Shown: piece by piece, positions 1 through 9,157 of the stretch
Layout: every line of letters begins with the position of its first letter
How positions within the stretch are numbered: the first letter of the stretch is position 1
Assembly: GCA_964415615.1 (NCBI GenBank)
Contig: CAYQAW010000004.1
Location: 21,543-85,542, forward strand
Reading direction: 5' to 3'
Length of the DNA stretch: 64,000 nt
Source of the DNA: an uncultured Gammaproteobacteria bacterium
GTDB taxonomy: Bacteria; Patescibacteriota; Microgenomatia; Daviesbacterales; UBA10151
Notes under the pieces: model-generated
The model's database searches: none
Told to the model about the DNA's origin: nothing
The model's input: the letters and a program-made list of their open reading frames with translations, nothing else
Translations under genes and position numbers: made by a program

Positions 1-5
1 GTAAT

Positions 6-1130
6 TCATTTAAAATTACTTAAAAGGGTATTAACTATTATCTGTGATGGAGGAGTCTTAAGAACAATTCTTTTACTTTCCTTGCTTTTATATTTTGCTA
101 GGAAGTCTTTGACGATTTTCGGATCATCCTTGGCAAGGACAGCATTAGTATATAATCCCTCAATCTGTTCAGTGTATTTTCTAAGCAGGATGCAGGGTTT
201 TCCAAGGTAATATGCTTCTTGTTGATTGCCTCCTCCGTCAGTAGCTATAAATTCGCTCTTTGATAAAATCTTCATAAACTCTGCATAAGGAATTTTAGGA
301 ATAGTTATGATATTCGGATTCTCTTTTATCTGCTTTAATAAATTTTGATTTTTTAGAAATGTTTCTGTTACTGGGTGTAAAACAAAGACACATTTGAAAT
401 CAGGGCTGCATTTAGACAGAAGTAGGTCTATATACTTTTTGGTAAGATCTTTTTTAAACAGCATATGTTCTTGTCTATGTAAAACTAATAAAAAGAATTT
501 GGATTTGCTAACTCTGTTTAAGTATTTATTATCGGATTTCATTTTTAAGGCATTCATACAGATTTCGTAAACTGTATTTTGTCCAGTGCTAACTTTAATA
601 CCCTTATTTCTCTTAATATTATTTAAGCACCAATCATTTGGACAAAAATGGATATCAGAGAGTTGAGAAACTAAATACCTGGATAATTCTTCAGGAAATG
701 GTTCAAAAAAATTAAAAGATCTATATCCAGACTCAATATGAATTAATTTAAGGCCATAAATTTTGGCACTAATTGCTCCCAAAAAAGTAGAGACAGTATC
801 ACCAAGCACGATGAATAAAGAATTCTTTTTATCTATATTCCTAAATTCGTTCTTGAAGTAAACAAAATTATTTACAAATGTTTTTGCACTCCATGTAATA
901 AATCTAAAATAAATGTTAAGCGGAAACTTTATTGTTTTTAATTTTAGAGCATTGTAAGCTTGTTGCTTTCCGATGAAGGGTTCCAACGATTTAAAGTTTA
1001 CATAATCTTGTCCAGAGGTAATTATTTTGAAACTAATTTTCCGCCTTTTTAGTTCTTTTATAACATATGCAATTTTGATTAGTTCTGCTGTAGTACCAAT
1101 GTAAAAATATATCGTTTTCGCTTTTGCCAT
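6..1130 (-). CDS. UDP-N-acetylglucosamine 2-epimerase-like (non-hydrolysing, WecB family)
   Basis: 374 aa. The N-terminus 'IYFYIGTTAELIK' resembles the GTRPE..K motif. 'HIESGYRSFN' resembles the HVEAGLRT motif. The C-terminal 'TDGGGNQQEAYYLGKPCILLRKYTE' resembles DSGG.QEEAP.LGKP..V.R..TER of the epimerase family. Recognised by motif recall, not database search. Confidence 0.6.
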   Translation of the reverse strand: MAKAKTIYFYIGTTAELIKIAYVIKELKRRKISFKIITSGQDYVNFKSLEPFIGKQQAYNALKLKTIKFPLNIYFRFITWSAKTFVNNFVYFKNEFRNIDKKNSLFIVLGDTVSTFLGAISAKIYGLKLIHIESGYRSFNFFEPFPEELSRYLVSQLSDIHFCPNDWCLNNIKRNKGIKVSTGQNTVYEICMNALKMKSDNKYLNRVSKSKFFLLVLHRQEHMLFKKDLTKKYIDLLLSKCSPDFKCVFVLHPVTETFLKNQNLLKQIKENPNIITIPKIPYAEFMKILSKSEFIATDGGGNQQEAYYLGKPCILLRKYTEQIEGLYTNAVLAKDDPKIVKDFLAKYKSKESKRIVLKTPPSQIIVNTLLSNFK

Positions 1131-1284
1131 ATATGTTAAATGATGTAATTATTTATAATTTCCGAAATGGACTTTATTGATTCTATCATTTCTGGATAAT
1201 CTAACTCAATGGTCAGTACTTGACAAGTGTTCCTTTGATTTGGGATATTAAATAAAATTATTTTCTTTTTCTAATTTATAGCTG

Positions 1285-2268
1285 ATGAAATTTTATAAAC
1301 AAAGAATCATGGTTATTGGAGGGGCTGGTTTTATCGGAAGCCATCTTGTTGATACTCTAATCGACGAAAAACCTGAGGGAATCTATGTTGTGGATAACTT
1401 ATTTCTTGGTAACAAAGAAAATCTAGCAGGGGCTTTCCGCCGTTACCCCAAACTTAAATTCCATAAACTTGATGCGACCGATGGTAAAAGTATGCGCCGT
1501 TTAATTAGGAAGGAAAAAATCGGAATTATATTTAATCTAGCAACTAAACCGATTGGCTACTCTTTTGTGGATCCCACTGATGCATGTTTAGTAAATGTCC
1601 AGATTATTAGCCATCTATTAGAATCACTTAGGTATGGCGAGATCCAGCATTTAATTCATTTCTCTACTTCTGAAGTCTATGGCAGTGCTTTACATACTCA
1701 TATGAGAGAAGATCATCCACTAAATCCTCATACTACCTATGCAGCTGGTAAGGCTGCAGCTGATCTATTAATACGTTCATACCAACAAAGCTTTGGTACG
1801 CGTGTATTAATTATTCGCCCTTTCAATAACTATGGTCCTCGCCAGAATGAGGGTCTATATGCTGCTGTGATACCAATCACTATGAAGAAGTTGCTTGCAG
1901 GAGAGCCTCCTGTAATTGCCGATAATGGGTTGCAGACTAGAGATTTTATTTTTGTTAAAGATACAGTAAGGATAACACTAGCTCTTACTAAGAGGGATGA
2001 GCTCTACGGAAAAGCAATTAATGTTGCGACAGGCAGGGAGACGTCAATCCGCAAGATTATCTATAATCTTTGCAAACTTAGTGGTTTTGATATTAATCAG
2101 ATCAAGAAAGGACCGATGCGCCCGGGTGATGTAAGTCGCCACTGTGCTGATATAAATCTTTTGCGTTCGCTTGAAGATAGGTTGGTGTTTAAGGATATTG
2201 AAGAAGGCCTGGCTGAGACTTGGCAGTGGTATATTAACTTAAGGAATCTTACTAATAGCAGATTTTAA
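1285..2268 (+). CDS. NAD-dependent epimerase/dehydratase (extended SDR; UDP-sugar 4-epimerase / dTDP-glucose 4,6-dehydratase-like)
   Basis: Rossmann motif 'VIGGAGFIGSHL'. Catalytic 'YAAGKAAAD' (YxxxK). 'RPFNNYGPRQ' is typical of the GalE/RmlB/UXS clade. Confidence 0.7.
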   Translation: MKFYKQRIMVIGGAGFIGSHLVDTLIDEKPEGIYVVDNLFLGNKENLAGAFRRYPKLKFHKLDATDGKSMRRLIRKEKIGIIFNLATKPIGYSFVDPTDACLVNVQIISHLLESLRYGEIQHLIHFSTSEVYGSALHTHMREDHPLNPHTTYAAGKAAADLLIRSYQQSFGTRVLIIRPFNNYGPRQNEGLYAAVIPITMKKLLAGEPPVIADNGLQTRDFIFVKDTVRITLALTKRDELYGKAINVATGRETSIRKIIYNLCKLSGFDINQIKKGPMRPGDVSRHCADINLLRSLEDRLVFKDIEEGLAETWQWYINLRNLTNSRF

Positions 2269-3411
2269 AATATTATTTACATCAAATTCCTGAGAAAGTT
2301 TAACGGCGGCTTTTTTATATAACGAATACCGTTTTTTATTGCTTAGTAAGTAAGTAATTGCATCTGCCAAAGCTTTTTCAGAATAATCTATTATCAGTCC
2401 GGAACCTGTTTTTGATATCAAATTGGACATAGTGGTCATATCCGTTGTGATAACAGGTAAGCCACAGCACATATAGAGTTTAATTTTACTGGGATCTGAA
2501 TAATAACTAAAGCTTTCGGGAATAGGTTTATAAGGAGCAAGTCCAATACTTTTTGTGGCAAGTATTTCTGTCAAATCATAAAAATTTGCGATATATCCTT
2601 TAAAATCTACATATTTATTTAGTTTCAGTTTCTTAATCAAATCTTGCAGCTTATCACTATCTTTTCCGGAACCTATGACGGTTAACCTTATTTTTGGGTA
2701 TTTTTTAATCAGTAACTTCATGGTTTTGATAGCTAATTCCGGTCCTGTGGATTCTCTAAGTGCACCCGCATAAATAATATTGTGAAAAGCTATCTTTGTA
2801 GCAGGATAAGTATTGATTTTTTTATTGTCATAGCCAATTGGGACTATATCAACGAGGTTGCTGTTTGCCTGAGTAATACCGAAAACATCTCTTTTCTCAA
2901 ACTGTTCTTTGGTCATGACCCAGGCAGAATCTGAATATTTAAAACCTGATTTATCCATAAAATGGTAGATTTTGTCTAAAAAGATACTAGAAAAACGCTT
3001 AGGGACAAAATCTATGGAATAATAGACCAATCTTCTGACTAATTTTAAAAATCTCAAAGGATAAGTTGAAATGAAGGATAAATTCTCCATAGCAATACAT
3101 AAGTCAAAATTAACTCCTGTTTTGAAAATGAGTAGATAATAAAGAAGGAGTATATGATAAAGAAATTGCAGCCATGCCGGTCCTTTTAGTACGTAAAATC
3201 TAGAGTTTTGAATCTTTTTTCCATTATTAAAGATAGTCATATAAGTGTACCTATGGTTATATTCAGGAAACGGTTGAGCTATAAGAACAACTTTTTTTAC
3301 CTTATCCTTAAAGTAATTTGCTAACCTGGAATCAGTGTCCTCATTTTGTTCTGTTCTGTAATTAAAATGCGCTAAAATTAATATTTTAGTTTTATTTTTG
3401 ATAAGTTCCAT
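2239..3411 (-). CDS. Glycosyltransferase family 4 (GT-B, GT1/GT4-like)
   Basis: The C-terminal half has 'IIYAGALRESTGPELAIK' and 'GLPVITTDM', the E-x7-E-like donor-binding region of GT4 enzymes. I moved the start to the ATG at 3411 (MELIKNKTKILIL...). The upstream 52 codons of the ORF overlap the divergent gene and look non-coding. Confidence 0.65.
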   Translation of the reverse strand: MELIKNKTKILILAHFNYRTEQNEDTDSRLANYFKDKVKKVVLIAQPFPEYNHRYTYMTIFNNGKKIQNSRFYVLKGPAWLQFLYHILLLYYLLIFKTGVNFDLCIAMENLSFISTYPLRFLKLVRRLVYYSIDFVPKRFSSIFLDKIYHFMDKSGFKYSDSAWVMTKEQFEKRDVFGITQANSNLVDIVPIGYDNKKINTYPATKIAFHNIIYAGALRESTGPELAIKTMKLLIKKYPKIRLTVIGSGKDSDKLQDLIKKLKLNKYVDFKGYIANFYDLTEILATKSIGLAPYKPIPESFSYYSDPSKIKLYMCCGLPVITTDMTTMSNLISKTGSGLIIDYSEKALADAITYLLSNKKRYSLYKKAAVKLSQEFDVNNILKSAISKIP

Positions 3412-3469
3412 GAAGTATTGTTTTGGTGATAGAAATATAGTGTATAATTGGTATTTATTCAAGCACTTT

Positions 3470-5131
3470 ATGTTTAAGCAAACAATTAGATTGGCGATTG
3501 CCCAGATTTCAACAGATCCAGGACAAATTCCCCAAAATACACAAAAAATTATTGAGTATATAGACAAAGCAAAAAGAGCTGGTGCAGAAATAATAGTTTT
3601 TCCAGAACTTGCAATTCCAGGATATATGTCGTTAGACCTAATATTATCTAAAGATTTTGTTCAAGATAATTTAAGAGCGTTAGATAAGATAAAACAAAAT
3701 ACAAAGGATATTTTGGTGGTTGTGGGATTTATAGATCAAGATAAGACACAAATTGGGACTGATGGAGATTTGAAAAGATACAACTCTGCAGCGATTATAT
3801 TTAATGGGGAGCTTAAGATGGCGCAAGATAAGACATTATTACCTAATTATGATGTATTCTTTGAAAACCGGTATTTTGCTCAGGGAAGAGAGAAAAAGCT
3901 CATTGATTTTAGAGGGTTAAAGCTAGGTATCCAAATTTGTGAAGACCTTTGGGATGAAAACTATCCAGTTAAGATATCAGAGGATCTTACAAAAAAGGGA
4001 GCTGATATTTTGATAAATATCTCCTGTTCGCCTTTTTATCTGGGAAAGAGGGTAGATAGAGAAAGACTCATTAAGAAGGTTAGCGTTAGCTTTAAGACAC
4101 CTTTTATCTATGTAAATTGTATTGGTGTACAGGATGGCTATGATGGAGAATTAATATTTGATGGTGAGAGTATAGTTTGCGATTATCAGGGAAAGTTAAT
4201 TAGTTTAGGTAAAAAATTTGAAGAACAGCTTTTATATATTAATTCTAATGACTTATTTAATGAGTACAATCAGGCGGAGCAAACAGATTCTCTTACTCCA
4301 AGCGAAGAATTATTTAGTGCATTAGTGTTGGGCATTAGAGATTATTTCAGAAGAACTGAATTTACAAAAGCTTTTATTGGATTATCAGGTGGGATAGATT
4401 CAGCTGTAACAGCTGTTTTAGCTGTTAACGCATTAGGGGTTAAAAACGTGGTGGGTATTTATATGCCTTCGGTTTTCTCCAGCAAGGATAGCGAAAGGGA
4501 TTGCAGGCTTCTTGCTAAAAATTTAGGAATAAAACTAGAGGAAATACCGATAAATGATATATATAATCAAACTTTGACTACGTTAAGCAAGAAGTTTGAC
4601 AAATTACCATTTGATACTACAGAAGAAAATATTCAAGCTAGGATAAGAGGGATGGTTCTGATGGCACATGCCAATAAGTTTAACGGATTGGTCATAATCA
4701 CTGCCAATAAGACTGAGACTGCTTTGGGCTATACAACTTTATATGGAGATATGTGCGGAGCAATCGCTCCTATCTCTGATGTTAGTAAGATAAAGGTTTA
4801 TGAACTGGCAAACCTTATAAATGAAACAAGTAAAAAAGAGATCATCCCCCAAACAACTATTGATAGAAATCCAACTGCTGAGCTTAGGCCTAACCAAACA
4901 GATGAGGAATCTTTAGGAGGGTCTTACAAGTTAATTTCCCCTTTAGTTGATGAAATTATTGAAGAGAGAAAAACCATATTGGAGCTTGAAAAGCGGTATC
5001 CCAGAAAACTTGTTACGAAGGTAGTTAACTTAATTAATAAAAGTGAATATAAACGTAGACAAGCTGCTCCTGGCATTAAGACTACTAAGAAATCATTTGG
5101 TATTGGTAGAAGAATCCCCATTTCCTATTAG
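3470..5131 (+). CDS. nadE: Glutamine-dependent NAD(+) synthetase (N-terminal nitrilase/CN-hydrolase domain + C-terminal NAD synthetase domain)
   Basis: N-terminus 'IRLAIAQISTDPGQI...AEIIVFPELAIPGY' has the C-N hydrolase catalytic E, plus 'IQICEDLW'. The C-terminal domain carries the PP-loop 'GLSGGIDSAVTAVLAV'. Start moved to ATG 3470 (MFKQTIRLAIAQ). Confidence 0.8.
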   Translation: MFKQTIRLAIAQISTDPGQIPQNTQKIIEYIDKAKRAGAEIIVFPELAIPGYMSLDLILSKDFVQDNLRALDKIKQNTKDILVVVGFIDQDKTQIGTDGDLKRYNSAAIIFNGELKMAQDKTLLPNYDVFFENRYFAQGREKKLIDFRGLKLGIQICEDLWDENYPVKISEDLTKKGADILINISCSPFYLGKRVDRERLIKKVSVSFKTPFIYVNCIGVQDGYDGELIFDGESIVCDYQGKLISLGKKFEEQLLYINSNDLFNEYNQAEQTDSLTPSEELFSALVLGIRDYFRRTEFTKAFIGLSGGIDSAVTAVLAVNALGVKNVVGIYMPSVFSSKDSERDCRLLAKNLGIKLEEIPINDIYNQTLTTLSKKFDKLPFDTTEENIQARIRGMVLMAHANKFNGLVIITANKTETALGYTTLYGDMCGAIAPISDVSKIKVYELANLINETSKKEIIPQTTIDRNPTAELRPNQTDEESLGGSYKLISPLVDEIIEERKTILELEKRYPRKLVTKVVNLINKSEYKRRQAAPGIKTTKKSFGIGRRIPISY

Positions 5132-5211
5132 TACAAATTGCCTCAATAGATTAACTGCTATTGAAATTAGGATCATTACCAATTAAACTTTAAAAAGTCT
5201 AAAAATAAATT

Positions 5212-6519
5212 ATGAAAATTTCGGTAATTGGATTAGGCAAGCTAGGGCTGCCTTTGGCAACAACAATTGCTTCTAAAGGATTTCAAGTTATCGGAGTTGA
5301 TATCAATAAAAAGGTTATTGAAGATGTTAATAATGGGTGTACTAGTTTACAAGAGCCGAATCTGCTAGCTCTTATTAAAAAATATAAGTATAACCTTTCC
5401 GCAACTTTTGATGTCAAAGAGGCTGTTTTAGAGACAGAAATTACTTTTATTATAACTCCCACTCCAAGCCAAAAGAATGGTTATTTCTCATTAAAATACG
5501 TAAATGATGCAGCAAGGGAAGTAGCAAGCGCCTTGAAGGTAAAGCAGGGGTATCATCTGGTGGTGGTGGTAAGTACTGTTATGCCTGAGTCCACCGAGAA
5601 AATAAAAACTATACTGGAAAAAGATTCTGGAAAGAAATGTATAGAAGACTTTGGGTTGTGCTACAACCCTGAATTTATTGCTCTTGGTTCTGTAATTTAC
5701 AACCTCTTAAACCCAGATTTTATTTTAATTGGAGAATCAGACAAAAAAGCAGGAGATATTTTGCAAAAGTTTTATGAAAAATATTGTGACAACGAACCTG
5801 CTATTGCAAGAATGAATTTTGTGAATGCTGAACTGGCAAAGATTTCTGTAAATACATATGTTACTACCAAGATTTCCTATGCTAACATGCTTTCTGGGAT
5901 TTGTGAAAAGCTACCTGGAGGAGATGTAGATGTTGTGACTCAAGCAATTGGATTGGATTCGAGGATAGGAAAAAAATACTTAAAGGGGGGCACAGCGTTT
6001 GGAGGACCTTGTTTTCCGCGTGATAATATTGCTTTTGTCAGTTTATCGAGAAACCTTAGGGTTGCATCTTATCTTGCGAAGGCAACACACAGAATGAATC
6101 TAAGACAAATAGACCGATTGACAGAGATTGTATTGCAGTATAAAGATGATAATTCAACAGTAGGCATTTTGGGTTTATCTTATAAACCTTTCACAGATGT
6201 GATAGAAGAGTCGCCTGGATTTCTATTAGCACAGCAACTAATTAAAAAAAATATAACTGTTTGCCTCTGGGATCCTTTAGCTTTGGATAATGCGGAAAGG
6301 TCTTTAGGTAAAAGTGCTCGGTATGCAGGCAGTGTTAAAGAATGTATAGAAAATTCGCAGGTATTAGTAATAACTACTGAATGGTCGGAATATAAAAATA
6401 TCAATAGCAGTTGGTTTGAAGGGAAGCCGAAGGTAATAATCGATCCTTGGAGAATACTTAGCTCAAAGCAATTAACAGAAAAAGTAAAGTATCTTCCCTT
6501 AGGAACAAATAGCGGCTAG
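5212..6519 (+). CDS. Nucleotide-sugar dehydrogenase (UDP-N-acetyl-D-mannosamine dehydrogenase WecC/Cap5O-like)
   Basis: 'MKISVIGLGKLGLPLATTIASKGFQVIGVDIN' closely matches the WecC N-terminus (ISVIGLGYIGLP...VIGVDIN). A 'GGPCFPRD' catalytic Cys region is present. With the WecB-like gene at 6..1130 this gives a UDP-ManNAcA route. Confidence 0.7.
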   Translation: MKISVIGLGKLGLPLATTIASKGFQVIGVDINKKVIEDVNNGCTSLQEPNLLALIKKYKYNLSATFDVKEAVLETEITFIITPTPSQKNGYFSLKYVNDAAREVASALKVKQGYHLVVVVSTVMPESTEKIKTILEKDSGKKCIEDFGLCYNPEFIALGSVIYNLLNPDFILIGESDKKAGDILQKFYEKYCDNEPAIARMNFVNAELAKISVNTYVTTKISYANMLSGICEKLPGGDVDVVTQAIGLDSRIGKKYLKGGTAFGGPCFPRDNIAFVSLSRNLRVASYLAKATHRMNLRQIDRLTEIVLQYKDDNSTVGILGLSYKPFTDVIEESPGFLLAQQLIKKNITVCLWDPLALDNAERSLGKSARYAGSVKECIENSQVLVITTEWSEYKNINSSWFEGKPKVIIDPWRILSSKQLTEKVKYLPLGTNSG

Positions 6520-7664
6520 CGAGCAATCATCTTTTGATATATACCCAGTCTTTCCATGATAGCAACTGTTCGAAACATTACTTGATTAACTATAGGAACT
6601 TTGTAAAATGTACGGGCTATCAGCCGCATTGTTCGTCGTACTATCATATCCGGGATGAATCCTTTAGATGGATTGTATCTTGAAGGGGTATAGCCATACC
6701 TCCAGGCTAAAGTAGTAAACGAGGAATAAGGGTTGAATCTGATTATAAATCCTGCATCTCTTGTGCGGAAGCTAAAGTCTACATCCTCCAGGTTTACCCA
6801 ATATCTAGTTTCATCTAACAACACCTTTTCAAACATACTCTTTTTAATAATGACCATCTGTCCGGACAAATACATATAATAATCCCATTCTTTATAGTCT
6901 AAGGTAGCTATTTTATAAAGTTTATGGATCGGTCCACCAAAAGTTACCCAATCACCAGCTCTTGCACCAGTTTTCTCTTCTTGAATACAGCCTAATATTT
7001 CAAAAGCATTTCCATATTTTTTCATTCCTTTATACCAGTTGGAGTTGAAAATAAGGCGGTCGTGAATTAAACATAGGTTTTCAAACTGGGCTTTCTCAGC
7101 GATCAAGTTTTTCTTTTTTGTGATCCAGCCTTGATCCGATCTTTCGTTAAAATCTATATAAACGAAATTCTTCTCGGGCCGCTTTCTATATTTACCGCAC
7201 ACTATAATTTCATATTGAGGAATTTTCTGTTTCTTTATAGAAGTAATTATTGATTCTAGCCAATCATCACGTTGTCCGTTGGTGATAATCCCAAAAGACC
7301 ATTTGTTTATACTATCGTTAGGTAAAAAGATAGCTTTCTTCTTTTGAATTATCAGCTGACTTTTTTCTGCCTGGGTATGTTTTAAAATATTGTAATTTCC
7401 CTTAAATAGCCACCAAAAAAGATTTTCCATGGACTGAAAATTAATTTCCTTAGTCGGCTTATATTCAATTATAAGATAGCCTTTGGGCTTTAAAATAAAA
7501 AAAGCTTCCTTAAGAAGGATAGGGGCATACTGACTTTTTTTAAGAAAATTTGTTAGATAAACAAAGTCTAAGATTTCTTGTTTATATTTTGGGTTTAAGC
7601 GGAAAAGATTATCTATTTTTTCGGGGTGTAGTTTTAAACCTTTACCTTTTAGAAATTTTTTCAT
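6516..7664 (-). CDS. Hypothetical protein with GT2-like (GT-A) central domain
   Basis: 'WSFGIITNGQRDDWLESIITSIKKQKIPQYEIIVCG' and 'EDVDFSFR' resemble family-2 glycosyltransferase signatures. The N-terminal ~70 aa ('FFILKPKGYLIIEY') resembles the tail of a methyltransferase fold. No firm family assignment. Confidence 0.4.
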   Translation of the reverse strand: MKKFLKGKGLKLHPEKIDNLFRLNPKYKQEILDFVYLTNFLKKSQYAPILLKEAFFILKPKGYLIIEYKPTKEINFQSMENLFWWLFKGNYNILKHTQAEKSQLIIQKKKAIFLPNDSINKWSFGIITNGQRDDWLESIITSIKKQKIPQYEIIVCGKYRKRPEKNFVYIDFNERSDQGWITKKKNLIAEKAQFENLCLIHDRLIFNSNWYKGMKKYGNAFEILGCIQEEKTGARAGDWVTFGGPIHKLYKIATLDYKEWDYYMYLSGQMVIIKKSMFEKVLLDETRYWVNLEDVDFSFRTRDAGFIIRFNPYSSFTTLAWRYGYTPSRYNPSKGFIPDMIVRRTMRLIARTFYKVPIVNQVMFRTVAIMERLGIYQKMIAR

Positions 7665-7682
7665 GGAGTTATTCTACATTAA

Positions 7683-8531
7683 TCAGATCAATATTTGAAG
7701 CTCTGTTGGATAATCTGTACAGATGCCATCAGCAGTTCCCCAGTCAATAATCATTTGCCAAAGGGATTTTAATTTTGCCAGCTCTTTGGCCATTGGGTGG
7801 TGTTCATGATAATGTAGTTCAGGCGAGATGACATCAATTCTTCCGGGATATGCTGATTTAAATTTTTTAAACGTTTCTTCATTATAAATAGAACCGGGTA
7901 TTTTCCATTCATCTGCCCAGACCGAATTATATACTGAAGTGAATTCTCGTCTGAGAGCCTGGGTAGGGGTATAAATAGTAGGAGCATAGTTTTTTTCACC
8001 TACAGAGACTGAGAGATTAAGCCAGGGAAACTCTTGATGGAGTATTTTAGCTTCTTCTAAGGTTGCATCAAAGACAATGCAATTTTGAAGACTGTTTCGT
8101 TCAATGCCTCTGGCAATGGCTTGGCCCACTTTGACACCGCTTGCAGAATTACTTCCTCGCTTGACTTGGAAGGCAATAAAGGGAGGTTGTGCGGTATGGG
8201 AGTTAATTTTGGCAAGTTGGAAAAGTTCGTCAAGCGTGGGAATACTAAATTTGGGATTAGATATATATCTTATTACTTTAATCTGAGAAATTCCCGTTTG
8301 ATCTATGACTGTTGAGATATTTGAAAAGCGAACTACATCACTGTCATGTATGACTACAAAGTTGTTATCGCCAGTAAGCCTAACGTCAGTCTCGATCCCC
8401 CAGTCCTTTTTAAAGGCTCGTTCAAAGGCTTCTAAAGTATTTTCAGGAATTTGGTATTGTGGTATGGTGGGAATGGGACCTTCTGGCAAAAACCCTCCTC
8501 GGTGAGAAATAACTTTAGTTTTCTTCATCAA
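7683..8531 (-). CDS. Glycerophosphodiester phosphodiesterase (GDPD) family protein
   Basis: 'VISHRGG', 'ENTLEAFERA' and 'GIETDVRLTGDNNFVVIHD' are the canonical GDPD HR(G) / E.T.EAF / E.DV..T.D...V..HD motifs. Confidence 0.7.
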   Translation of the reverse strand: MMKKTKVISHRGGFLPEGPIPTIPQYQIPENTLEAFERAFKKDWGIETDVRLTGDNNFVVIHDSDVVRFSNISTVIDQTGISQIKVIRYISNPKFSIPTLDELFQLAKINSHTAQPPFIAFQVKRGSNSASGVKVGQAIARGIERNSLQNCIVFDATLEEAKILHQEFPWLNLSVSVGEKNYAPTIYTPTQALRREFTSVYNSVWADEWKIPGSIYNEETFKKFKSAYPGRIDVISPELHYHEHHPMAKELAKLKSLWQMIIDWGTADGICTDYPTELQILI

Positions 8532-8618
8532 CTGGATAATAGCATCCGGATTAATCTAAGACAATATATAGTTGATAATTAAGGATTTCTAATCTAAACT
8601 TAACAACTGAGATCAGTT

Positions 8619-9125
8619 ATGCAAAAAGTTGAACATCTAATATTTAATAATGGTACCCCAAGGAAAAATAAAATTATTCTTGGCTTGTTACTTTTGCGTT
8701 TTCCGCTATTTATTCCGTTAGTTAAATTTCTAATTAAGAGGAGTTTAAGGCATTGCAAAGATATAGATTTCTTACCGAGATTTGTTTATTACTTAGGAAA
8801 TATATATGCTGAAAAAGTACATTTTGGAGATGGCCTTTTTATGGATTATGCACCTATCTATATTGGAAAAGGATCTAGTTTTGGTTGGCAGTGCATGGTA
8901 GCCACTGGCTACCATGACCCAAAAGACTATAAAGTAGTTCATGCGAAATCCGTAATAATAGGAGAGAATGTGCAAATAAATTCCAGAACTATTATTTTAG
9001 GTGGAGTGAGAATTGGAAATAGGGCAGTTATAGGAGCAGGCAGCGTGGTAACAAAAGATGTCCCAGCAAACTGTTTTGCAGCCGGAAATCCAGCCAAAGT
9101 GATTAAACATCTTGCGAAAAGTTGA
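8619..9125 (+). CDS. Hexapeptide-repeat (LbH) sugar O-acetyltransferase
   Basis: The C-terminus has 'IIGENVQINSRTIILGGVRIGNRAVIGAGSVVTKDVPANCFAAGNPAKVIK', the left-handed beta-helix acetyltransferase signature (maltose/galactoside/WcaF-like). Confidence 0.65.
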   Translation: MQKVEHLIFNNGTPRKNKIILGLLLLRFPLFIPLVKFLIKRSLRHCKDIDFLPRFVYYLGNIYAEKVHFGDGLFMDYAPIYIGKGSSFGWQCMVATGYHDPKDYKVVHAKSVIIGENVQINSRTIILGGVRIGNRAVIGAGSVVTKDVPANCFAAGNPAKVIKHLAKS

Positions 9126-9157
9126 ACCACTACTATGTTTGTGTTAAGATCCAGCGC

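Noticed and set aside
3398-3469. Upstream extension of the nadE ORF (ORF-track start 3398) and of the GT4 ORF (to 3567)
   Set aside because: The two extensions overlap each other on opposite strands. Conserved N-termini begin at ATG 3470 (nadE) and ATG 3411 (GT4). The extensions are most likely the divergent promoter region.
4924-6404. Short - strand ORFs 4924..5121 and 6180..6404 (and many similar 60-110-aa ORFs listed in the track)
   Set aside because: They are fully nested antisense within confidently assigned enzymes. They have no start context or conservation cue.
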